Below are positions 26,720 through 34,483 of a stretch of DNA of 64,000 bases, piece by piece; the stretch's first letter is position 1; every line of letters starts with the position of its first letter. A model generated the notes under the pieces. It was not told where the DNA came from. It made no database searches and saw only the letters and a list, made by a program, of their open reading frames with translations. Location: assembly GCA_003218135.1 (NCBI GenBank), contig QHNQ01000023.1, positions 341 to 64,340 on the forward strand, given 5' to 3'. A program made the translations under genes and the position numbers. Source of the DNA: Verrucomicrobiota bacterium (GTDB taxonomy: Bacteria > Verrucomicrobiota > Verrucomicrobiia > Chthoniobacterales > UBA10450).

Positions 26720-27409
26720 TCAAAACCGATAACCGTGCAGTTCGATTTCTTTGGCGAATGCGTTTTCTACGACTTTCCGTTGTTCGTCATTGAATACTTC
26801 CTGATATGGCCTGCGATCGGTCCGATATTCTGATTTCGCGGCTACGCCGAGCTTTCCGTCGAAGGGGATGCCTAGTTGCGAGAACACTTCGTTGAGACCG
26901 GGAAGCAGGTTCTCATAGCGAATAATGCGATCGACGATGATCTTCGTGCCTGAGCGGTCGGTGTAGCGGAAGTAGTTAATGGGAAACCTCCCGCGGGCGA
27001 GATATTCGTCGAGTGTCAGTGAACCGCCTTCGCGCGCGGCGTGCATGTGGTAGTGCGACAAAACCTTGTCCCACGGATTTCGTTCCACACAGAACTTGAA
27101 ATAAGCGTTCCAAATGTCGGCAGGAACGCGGTTTCTGATCTCACGCGCCGGCATGTGATTATAAAATTTCTCATGACTCGTCATGGAGTGTCGCAGCGCA
27201 AAGAAAAGTTTGCCTGGTCGTTCGAGGATTTCGGGAATTGGATTGATGAATCCCTCGTAATTTCGCGGCTGGTGTCCTTCGACCGGCGGCCCAATCGGCG
27301 TCACGATATCTCTCGGGCCGCAGTGCTTCGAGAGGAACACCTCGATACTGGTGCCGGCGGTTTTTGCCGTCTTGATGAAGATGAATTTGTATTTGTGAGA
27401 AAGAATCAT
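26720..27409 (-). CDS. sulfotransferase family protein
   Basis: 5'-PSB-like KYKFIFIKTAKTAGTSIEVFL, ERNPWDKVLSHY, and a C-terminal part colinear with 28638-29282. Confidence 0.7.
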   Translation of the reverse strand: MILSHKYKFIFIKTAKTAGTSIEVFLSKHCGPRDIVTPIGPPVEGHQPRNYEGFINPIPEILERPGKLFFALRHSMTSHEKFYNHMPAREIRNRVPADIWNAYFKFCVERNPWDKVLSHYHMHAAREGGSLTLDEYLARGRFPINYFRYTDRSGTKIIVDRIIRYENLLPGLNEVFSQLGIPFDGKLGVAAKSEYRTDRRPYQEVFNDEQRKVVENAFAKEIELHGYRF

Positions 27410-27496
27410 TTTCCCGAGGGAACTTCTCGCACGCTCCACAAATGCTCGCCAGCGCTCGCGTGACTTAACAACGCGTCGTACATTGAGCTCTCGCGA

Positions 27497-27922
27497 ATGA
27501 TCTCCTTACAGAAGCGTTTTCTTTTTGTTCATATTCCAAAGACTGCCGGAAACTCGATTCAGAGCGCACTGTGTGATTATTCCGAGGATCAGCTCGTTGC
27601 TCTACGCAAGGAGCAGGACGGGATCGAGCGGTTCGGACTGCGCAACCCAAACTACAACGTCAAGAAGCACTCCACGCTCCGCGAATATCGTGATGCCCTC
27701 GGAGACGGGCAGTTTCGCAATCTTTGTAAGTTCACTTGCGTGCGAAACCCATGGGACCGGATGATCTCGTATTATTTCACGCCGACGCAAAGTCCTGAAA
27801 ACTGGGACCGGAAAAAATTCCGAGGAATTATTTCGAAAGCTGTATCGATTGCCGACTATCTGCGGCTGGATCGGGATGAAGAAGATCCGTTCGCAAACGT
27901 CGATTACATCAGAGCTCTATAG
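27497..27922 (+). CDS. sulfotransferase paralog, C-terminally truncated (possible pseudogene)
   Basis: Contains FLFVHIPKTAGNSIQSAL and CVRNPWDRMISYYF. It ends at ..NVDYIRAL*, about 70 aa short of its paralogs, overlapping the convergent gene by 6 nt. Confidence 0.5.
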   Translation: MISLQKRFLFVHIPKTAGNSIQSALCDYSEDQLVALRKEQDGIERFGLRNPNYNVKKHSTLREYRDALGDGQFRNLCKFTCVRNPWDRMISYYFTPTQSPENWDRKKFRGIISKAVSIADYLRLDRDEEDPFANVDYIRAL

Positions 27923-28669
27923 CTTTCCGAGCGTCACGTATTCGCCGGTCGGCTGCTGAAACCATTCCGGCAGCTCAATCCCTGCCTCTACTATGCTCTC
28001 GTAGCAGTTTTGCGTGATGTCGCCCTTTCTGGTGCTCTCTCCAAATACTGCATAATTTTTCTCCGTCACAAACAGTCGGTGCTCGGGCAGCTTTGGCACC
28101 TCATCTTTCAAATCATCCATTGCTTTCGCGCTTGGAATGTGGTCGGGCAAATGCTTAAACAGGTGCCTGAGCACTTTGGCCCGCAGGATCTGATGGATCC
28201 ATATTTGGGACCAAGTCTTTCGCTCCAGGTAAACATCGCCAAACAGGTTTTTAGTTTTGTGAGGGTGAAGAGTGAACCATGGGCTGCTCAATGTTGCCCT
28301 GCATCTGCAGAACAAAAGACCATCGATGTGTGGCGAGCGCATGGCATGAGAAATGAGACTGGCGACCTTATCGGTGGGAAGCTGGATCGGGTATTTGTCG
28401 TCCACGCACCAATAGATCCACTCTTCGTCATCAATCTCTGCGAGCAAATGCAGCACGGTACCCTTGATGTCGGGCGGTGAGGGGAAATACTTAATTCGCT
28501 TGGTATCGGTTCCGCCAACCTCCTGGTAGGGAATGTGAAAAACAAATGGATGATTCGGCCATAGCCGGTCGTAGTGATAAATCATATGGCGGGTGATCAC
28601 GTGATAGCGATCACAGGTGAGCACGATGGCTCTTATCTTATCCGGCAAACTCATAGCCAAAGCGTTCAA
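27917..28669 (-). CDS. hypothetical protein (unrecognised, possibly a transferase) within the sulfotransferase cluster
   Basis: 250-aa ORF containing IVLTCDRYH and WCVDDKYP (a DD motif). Overlaps the upstream sulfotransferase gene by 32 nt. Confidence 0.5.
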   Translation of the reverse strand: MNALAMSLPDKIRAIVLTCDRYHVITRHMIYHYDRLWPNHPFVFHIPYQEVGGTDTKRIKYFPSPPDIKGTVLHLLAEIDDEEWIYWCVDDKYPIQLPTDKVASLISHAMRSPHIDGLLFCRCRATLSSPWFTLHPHKTKNLFGDVYLERKTWSQIWIHQILRAKVLRHLFKHLPDHIPSAKAMDDLKDEVPKLPEHRLFVTEKNYAVFGESTRKGDITQNCYESIVEAGIELPEWFQQPTGEYVTLGKL

Positions 28670-29282
28670 TATCTACTCTGAACTTGTTAGCAATCACGTC
28701 GCGCGTTCGCGGATTGTAATACTCGGTGTAGTGGCGATCACGTGGATTCGCCCGACTATGCGGTAGCTTTTTGCTTACACCAAGCTTTTGCGCAACGAAC
28801 GCCCAGTCTTCGTCTAACTGTTCGAACTTTCCGATGAAATCCGCGAGCACGCTTCCATTGGGATCAACAAACCAATCCAATTGATAACGATGCGGGGACG
28901 AGTGAACGCAGGTTGCGCTGCTGTATTGAATCCAATCGACAAATTCGTCGAAGGTCATTTGCTCTCTGAGTTGTAACGCTTCGTTGCGTTCGTAAAGAGA
29001 GACAACGCGGTCCCACGGGTTGCGCACAAATCCAAACTTGAAATAAGTCTCGAATTGTTTGCCTCCGATTTCTCTTCGGTGCTTCTCCGAACGCAGCAAA
29101 TATAGGGCGGCCAGAATCCGGTTTTTTCTGCCGCCGTAGCGTGTCCAATTCGTCTCCATCTGATTTTTGATCTGCCATAGATTCAGATGCGGTTTCCATG
29201 CTTTGCCCAGGATAGCCCTGACGCTGGTCGAACCAGTCTTAGGCACCTCCACGAAAATGCATTTGTGTTCGTGCGAGATCAT
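28638..29282 (-). CDS. sulfotransferase family protein
   Basis: Contains KCIFVEVPKTGSTSV and FVRNPWDRVVSLY, plus a C-terminal GKFEQLDEDW block. Confidence 0.7.
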   Translation of the reverse strand: MISHEHKCIFVEVPKTGSTSVRAILGKAWKPHLNLWQIKNQMETNWTRYGGRKNRILAALYLLRSEKHRREIGGKQFETYFKFGFVRNPWDRVVSLYERNEALQLREQMTFDEFVDWIQYSSATCVHSSPHRYQLDWFVDPNGSVLADFIGKFEQLDEDWAFVAQKLGVSKKLPHSRANPRDRHYTEYYNPRTRDVIANKFRVDIERFGYEFAG

Positions 29283-29344
29283 GTCTGGCGCCGCTCATTG
29301 TACATTGAAAAATCTCACAGGCATTAGAAAGTGAAGCCTGCGCA

Positions 29345-29417
29345 GGGTCGGTAGCTCAATCGGTAGAGCAGCGCCCTTTTAAGGCGTTGGTTCCGGGTTC
29401 GAGTCCCGGCCGACCCA
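29345..29417 (+). tRNA. tRNA-Lys (anticodon UUU)
   Basis: Hand-folded cloverleaf: acceptor GGGTCGG/CCGACCC, D-arm GCTC..GAGC, anticodon stem GCGCC/GGCGT with loop CTTTTAA, and T-arm CCGGG-TTCGAGT-CCCGG. 73 nt, CCA not encoded. Confidence 0.9.
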
Positions 29418-30068
29418 CGTCAGCAAATCGCGCAGCGAATTCCTCGGTCGGTCTAAACAAAAGACCGACAAGCCAGCCGCGGTCGCTGCTTCCCAGTCGC
29501 GTTGGCGATCATCACCAACATGCAGGACCTCGTTTGGCTGCAGATCCATTAATCTGACTGCGCGTCGATAAATTTCCGGATCGGGTTTGTCGGCGCCGAG
29601 CTCGCTGGAAATGAAAATCTGGCTGAAAAATTTCGAGACAGCGAGGTGCTGGAGAATAAGGCGCAAACGTCCGTCGAAATTCGAAATTACGACGAGCTGA
29701 AAACGGGGCCATAACTCTTCCAAGACCTCGCGAACCTCCGGGTAAAGCTCCCAAACCCCTGCTTCAGCAAAGTGTTCATAAGCGACCTCGAAAAAATTGT
29801 CACGATCGAGCTCGCTCAACGAAGGCGCGACCTGCTCAAGGACACGATTCACGAGCTCACGCCACCAGCCTTTATCGTCATTCTCTCGCGGACCATTGAT
29901 GGCGGCGCGCTGCGGCATTTCTTTCCACGCGGTGTGAAATGCGCGCTCGAGATTTTGCGCATCCAGATCTAACCCTACCTCGCCGCCGACATAGGCGTAA
30001 TGGTCGCCTACAGTCTTCGTTAACCCGAAGAGCGTGCCGACTGCGTCGAAGAAAATAGCTTTGATCAT
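29379..30068 (-). CDS. HAD-superfamily hydrolase (subfamily IA)
   Basis: Motif I IFFDAVGTL, motif II VISNF, and motif IV HVGDDRQRD. The last 13 codons run antisense through the tRNA-Lys gene. Confidence 0.8.
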   Translation of the reverse strand: MIKAIFFDAVGTLFGLTKTVGDHYAYVGGEVGLDLDAQNLERAFHTAWKEMPQRAAINGPRENDDKGWWRELVNRVLEQVAPSLSELDRDNFFEVAYEHFAEAGVWELYPEVREVLEELWPRFQLVVISNFDGRLRLILQHLAVSKFFSQIFISSELGADKPDPEIYRRAVRLMDLQPNEVLHVGDDRQRDWEAATAAGLSVFCLDRPRNSLRDLLTWVGRDSNPEPTP

Positions 30069-30199
30069 CAAGCGAACTTTCAATGCCCCACCCGCCTACG
30101 CAACGCTACGGCGCGGCAGGCGCTCAACGTTCAACGGCTAACACGAGTCGTCATTTTGCTTGGCAAAAGCGCTCGAAGCGCGTTGCATGACGCTTAACA

Positions 30200-30865
30200 A
30201 TGAATGTTGCTGACCAGTCGCTGAACTTCGCGAGGCGCACGCAATCACCTGGCGAGGAACTGGCGAATAGTATCAGCCACGCGATAGGACTCGTAGGGGC
30301 GATAATCGGCGCGCCGGTTCTCCTTCTCGCAGCGTTCCGCCACGCCAGCGCCTTTTTCCTTGTCGGTACCATCATTTTTATCGTGACGATGTTGCTAGTG
30401 TATTTCGGTTCGACGCTATATCACGCCTGGCCGCAGACGCGTGTGAAATCTTTTCTCCAAGTGATGGATCACTCGGCGATTTTTTTGCTAATCGCGGGAA
30501 CGTGCACGCCATTTGCCCTCGGTCCGTTGCGGGACGCCGGCGGCCTAACCATGCTGTGCATCGTCTGGACCCTCGCACTGTTCGGTGTGGTGATGAAAGC
30601 AACACGCGGTGCGCTGCGTCATCGGAAACTTGCGATGACGCTCTACCTCGGGACGGGGTGGATTGGAGTCATCTTTATACGTCCGCTTGTGCTGACGATT
30701 CCGTGGCCTGCGGTGCTGTGGCTAGTCGTCGGCGGCATCGCTTACACTGCGGGCACTTTGTTTTTCGCGAATGAGCGGCTGCGCTATGCCCATTTTGTCT
30801 GGCACCTGTTCGTGCTTGCAGGCACTAGCTGTCACTTTGCGGCCGTGTTTATTTGCGCGGCCTGA
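30200..30865 (+). CDS. hemolysin III / PAQR family membrane protein
   Basis: 7 TM helices, with NSISHAIG, STLYHA, DHSAIFLLIAGTCTPF and HLFVLAGTSCHF. Confidence 0.85.
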   Translation: MNVADQSLNFARRTQSPGEELANSISHAIGLVGAIIGAPVLLLAAFRHASAFFLVGTIIFIVTMLLVYFGSTLYHAWPQTRVKSFLQVMDHSAIFLLIAGTCTPFALGPLRDAGGLTMLCIVWTLALFGVVMKATRGALRHRKLAMTLYLGTGWIGVIFIRPLVLTIPWPAVLWLVVGGIAYTAGTLFFANERLRYAHFVWHLFVLAGTSCHFAAVFICAA

Positions 30866-30877
30866 GTTTAACGTAAT

Positions 30878-31474
30878 CTAAAATTTCGAGCGCACGATCA
30901 GCCAGAAAAGGATAAGAGTGAGAAACGGAAGCGGCAGCCAGGCGAGCACGGACGGGATGCACCAAAGAAGGAACAGCCCAACGTCGGCGGTATTGGCGGA
31001 TGGAAGCGCCGCGCGCAACCCGAGTTGATCGCGCAACATTCCGAGCGTGATATCATTAAGCCGCGATTCATCGAAGCCACTCTTATATAAATTTGTCTTT
31101 GCGCGACGTCCGCGCAGGAACGCGCGAAAAAGTCTCCTCGGTGCAACAACAAGCCCGGCACCGAATCCGCCAAAGTTAAGGATCCACGCTGCGTGATAAC
31201 GCGCGCAGCCACTCGCAATTTCCCACGCGGCGATTTCCGCTTCCCCTGGCCAATCTGTTTCATACTCGGCCGCGATGTGATGCAGATCGTGCAACCGCGC
31301 TGCCGCGACGCGCGCTGGCCAATTGGGAAAATAAAAAGGGATTGGTTTCGTTTCGACGCGCACCCAGCGGTCGCCATAGCCGCCGTCCGGGCCGAGCTTA
31401 GCGTCACGAAAAAACAAGGCGCGTGCTTCGAGCAGGGAAAGACCATCAGGATATCGAACCACGGTATTGGACAA
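30878..31474 (-). CDS. Coq4-like protein (HDxxH-x11-E motif) with C-terminal TM segment
   Basis: HDLHHIAAEYETDWPGE fits the COQ4 zinc-ligand pattern HDxxH-(x)11-E exactly. The start is uncertain: a TTG at 31474 or GTG at 31462 was chosen to avoid overlap with the divergent gene, while the ORF is open to 31639. Confidence 0.4.
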   Translation of the reverse strand: MSNTVVRYPDGLSLLEARALFFRDAKLGPDGGYGDRWVRVETKPIPFYFPNWPARVAAARLHDLHHIAAEYETDWPGEAEIAAWEIASGCARYHAAWILNFGGFGAGLVVAPRRLFRAFLRGRRAKTNLYKSGFDESRLNDITLGMLRDQLGLRAALPSANTADVGLFLLWCIPSVLAWLPLPFLTLILFWLIVRSKF

Positions 31475-31505
31475 CTTACTCGGTGGCGCGCTAATTAGTA
31501 TCGGG

Positions 31506-32606
31506 ATGTTGCCGGTAGAACATAACGATTCAATCAACGCGAAAATTCTGGCGATCTCAGAGGACAAGATCGAAGGATTCGTGCGCGAGCCGTTCGCGGA
31601 GATCGCGCGGCGCTCGGGTGTAGGTGTCGATGTCGTCATGGCACGGATTGGCGCGATGCTGCGCGCGGGAACGATCCGGCGCGTCCGTCAAACTTTGCTT
31701 GCAACGAATCTCGCTGAAGGCGCGCTGGTGGCATGGAAAGTTCCCGAGGACAAGATCGACACCGCGTTCGACTGGATGTTTCAGCGCGATCCGTTTTCGG
31801 GTCATGTGGTGCTTCGTTCCACTGACACCGTGAGCGCCGGATCGGACTACAAGCTTTGGACGACGCTGAAAGTTCCGCACGGATTTTCATTGCAGGAGCA
31901 TTGCGAATTGCTGGCGAAAAAAGTTGGCGCCGAGCGTTTTCGGCTGATGCCGGCTAAAGGAATTTTCACCCTCGGAGTCGGTCATGTTCGCCGCAAAACG
32001 GTTGAGCCGGGTAGCAAGGCAGAAGAGCCGGCAAAAATGATTCCGGTGCAGATTGTCGATCTCACGGACGAGGAGTGGAATGTCTTACTCACGCTGAAAC
32101 GCGAATTCGCTCCGGAAGAGATTAAACCCTCACCGTGGCTCGGGCGTGCCAATGAGGCGGGCGTGCCACCGGAAAAATTCTTCCGCGTAGCAGAAGAATT
32201 GAGCGTACGGAAAATCATAGGGCGCTTTTCGACTTTTCTGGAGCATGTGAAACCATCAGCGGGCGGTGTGCGCGTCACGCGCTTCAACGCGTTGTTTCAT
32301 TGGGCGGTGCCAGCCGGCCGTGAAATTGAAGCGGGCGGCGAGGTTGGTCGTCACCATATCCTGACGCATTGTTATTGGCGCGAGGCCGGACCGGAATTCA
32401 AGAACGTCAACGTCATGGCCGTGGCGCACGGCACTGACAAACAACTGCTCCTCAATCATAAGGCCGCCATCGATCGGCATCTTCGCGCGAGCAGCATCCC
32501 GGTTTCTTACACAAACGTTTTCTGGGGCGGACGCAGCGAGATCAAGCCATCGGAAATTTCGCCGCAAGTTTATCGCCAGTGGTTGGCAGAAGAGTCGAAA
32601 AGTTAA
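31506..32606 (+). CDS. fused two-module Lrp/AsnC-like NirDL/AhbAB-type protein (siroheme decarboxylase homolog)
   Basis: Two tandem modules of about 165 aa. Module 1 has PFAEIARRSGVGVDVVMARIGAMLRAGTIRRV...GALVAWKVPEDKI...KLWTTL. Module 2 has FFRVAEELSVRKIIGRF...ALFHWAVPAGREIE...THCYWR. Confidence 0.55.
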   Translation: MLPVEHNDSINAKILAISEDKIEGFVREPFAEIARRSGVGVDVVMARIGAMLRAGTIRRVRQTLLATNLAEGALVAWKVPEDKIDTAFDWMFQRDPFSGHVVLRSTDTVSAGSDYKLWTTLKVPHGFSLQEHCELLAKKVGAERFRLMPAKGIFTLGVGHVRRKTVEPGSKAEEPAKMIPVQIVDLTDEEWNVLLTLKREFAPEEIKPSPWLGRANEAGVPPEKFFRVAEELSVRKIIGRFSTFLEHVKPSAGGVRVTRFNALFHWAVPAGREIEAGGEVGRHHILTHCYWREAGPEFKNVNVMAVAHGTDKQLLLNHKAAIDRHLRASSIPVSYTNVFWGGRSEIKPSEISPQVYRQWLAEESKS

Positions 32607-32643
32607 AAGCACTACAAAATTTCAACGGCGGGGCCGGGACGCT

Positions 32644-33294
32644 TTAACTTTTTTGACCTTGTAACGTTCCAACTTCCGTAACGAACTTTTCGCGATACGT
32701 CCGATTCAGATTTCGAAGGATGGCAACCGCAAGCTGCTGGCGGTCGACCGGTCGATGCAGCGCCATCGCAAGTGAGATTGCGCGGTTTTGCAGTTCTGGC
32801 GGGAAATCTTCCACCGAATGGTTGACGTTGATTCCGATTCCCACAATAGCCACGTGCGGCGCCTTCTGTTGAGCGCGCATCTCCACCAGAACGCCCGCTA
32901 CTTTGCGGCCGCAAAGCAGAACATCATTTGGCAACTTAATGGCTGGTTCGAGCGCAAACTGGGTTCGGATGATGTCGCAAATACTTTCCATTGCCCAAAT
33001 CGTGAGCCGCCCGGAATCGTTGACTTGAATCCCAGGTCGCAAAAGGATTGAAAACCACAGACCCTTCCCCGCCGCCGATTCCCACCGGTTGCCACGTCGA
33101 CCGCGCCCGGCAGTCTGATGTTCGGCAAACAGAACCAGACCGGCGTTTGAATTCGCAGTCACGACTTGGAGAATCGCATCGTTTGTCGAGGCCGTTTGTT
33201 CGAGAACAACGATCTGCCGGCCGATCGTGGCGCAAGCGAAGTGGGCTTGCAGCTCACCAGCGATCAGTCGATCCACACTCTCAGCCTGGGACAT
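32644..33294 (-). CDS. birA: biotin--[acetyl-CoA-carboxylase] ligase (class I, no HTH domain)
   Basis: Contains QTAGRGRRGNRWESAAGKGLWFSILLRP and KLPNDVLLCGRKVAGVLVE. Confidence 0.85.
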   Translation of the reverse strand: MSQAESVDRLIAGELQAHFACATIGRQIVVLEQTASTNDAILQVVTANSNAGLVLFAEHQTAGRGRRGNRWESAAGKGLWFSILLRPGIQVNDSGRLTIWAMESICDIIRTQFALEPAIKLPNDVLLCGRKVAGVLVEMRAQQKAPHVAIVGIGINVNHSVEDFPPELQNRAISLAMALHRPVDRQQLAVAILRNLNRTYREKFVTEVGTLQGQKS

Positions 33295-34129
33295 GCGTCA
33301 TTTCCAGCGAGATATCGATCGCGCGCGCAGCATTCGTTAGCGCCCCAATGGAAATGTAATCGACGCCCGTAGCCGCCACCCGCTTCACGTTTTTCAATGT
33401 GATACCGCCGCTTGCTTCGAACTTAATATTGTTCCTTCGCAACGCCACAGCTTCCCGAATCTGGGCGGGCGTCATGTTGTCGAGAAGGATAACGTCGATG
33501 CCGTCGACCTCGACAAAAGCGCGGGCTTGTTCAAGGTCGTCAGCCTCTACTTCAATCCGGATGTTTGGCCGCTCTTGGCGCAGCCGACAAATTCGCTCGG
33601 CAAAATTGGAAAGATCTCCGAGTGTGGCCAGATGATTGTCTTTTACGAGGACCATGTCGTACAACCCAAAACGATGATTAACGCCGCCACCAGCGAGTAC
33701 TGCAGCCTTTTCCAACGCGCGTAACCCGGGCGTGGTTTTCCGCGTGTCGAGTATCTTCGCCGAATGGTTCCCGACCGCGTTAACGAATTCGCGCGTCAGC
33801 GTTGCGATGCCGCAGAGACGTTGCAAAAAATTTAACGCAACGCGTTCCGCCTTCAGAACAGAACGTGCAAAACCACGCACTTCGATGATGACGTCGTCGG
33901 GTCCTACGTCATCGCCGTCACGGCGATTAATCTGGACATCCGTCGCAGGATCGACCTGCCGAAAAACTTCCGCAGCTGCTCCGGTGCCGGCGACGACCGC
34001 TTTTTCCCGCACAACGATGCGTCCGGTTGCGTGCACCTTCTCCGGCACGAAAAAGTCAGTCGTGACGTCGCCATCGCCGATATCTTCTTTAAGGGCGGCG
34101 GCGATCGGATCGCAACGATTTGGCTTCAT
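33281..34129 (-). CDS. nadC: nicotinate-nucleotide diphosphorylase (quinolinate phosphoribosyltransferase)
   Basis: Contains DIGDGDVTT, LNFLQRLCGIATLT, ILDTRKTTPGLRALEKAAVLAGGGVNHRFGLYD and LVKDNH. Confidence 0.9.
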   Translation of the reverse strand: MKPNRCDPIAAALKEDIGDGDVTTDFFVPEKVHATGRIVVREKAVVAGTGAAAEVFRQVDPATDVQINRRDGDDVGPDDVIIEVRGFARSVLKAERVALNFLQRLCGIATLTREFVNAVGNHSAKILDTRKTTPGLRALEKAAVLAGGGVNHRFGLYDMVLVKDNHLATLGDLSNFAERICRLRQERPNIRIEVEADDLEQARAFVEVDGIDVILLDNMTPAQIREAVALRRNNIKFEASGGITLKNVKRVAATGVDYISIGALTNAARAIDISLEMTHVPG

Positions 34130-34251
34130 GAGCGCAGGAAAATGCGCACAATAACTGCGAAATGCGAGCGGGTCTATGAAACACGCATGTTCAAAGTGCG
34201 CTCGGATTGAATGCCGGCAATCAGTGATTTGCCGGGTTATTTGCCGCTGAA

Positions 34252-34323
34252 CAAAAAAAGATTCGGGCAGCGCACGTTAAGGAGAAACAACGAATCTTAG
34301 AAACTCGCGCTACCGCCCGAATC
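34252..34323 (-). terminator. Rho-independent terminator
   Basis: On the minus strand, the GATTCGGGCGGTAGCGC...GCGCTGCCCGAATC stem (9+5 bp) is followed directly by CTTTTTTTG. It lies about 160 nt downstream of the 5'-3' exonuclease stop. Confidence 0.6.
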
Positions 34324-34483
34324 GCCTTAACCTGTTACGTTTGACAGCCGCTCCCAGAGTTTGTTCGAAATTTTTACGAAAAATTCGTGTCTGATGTTAA
34401 ACCGTGGGGCTCAGGGCCTTATGGCTACCCTTCGCCACACATTCGACGTGGCGTTTTTGGCGTTGGAAAGCACCAACATGTTT

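Noticed and set aside
25274-30068. Genomic island or integrative element at tRNA-Lys.
   Set aside because: No integrase, transposase, phage gene or duplicated tRNA 3' fragment was seen. Only the composition impression and gene content hint at accessory origin, so this is reported as a cluster and not as a mobile element.
34176-34250. 24-codon Cys-rich sORF on the plus strand (MKHACSKCARIECRQSVICRVICR).
   Set aside because: It has no convincing ribosome-binding site. It lies where the nadC promoter is expected and runs antisense into the minus-strand terminator T-tract. It cannot be supported from sequence alone.
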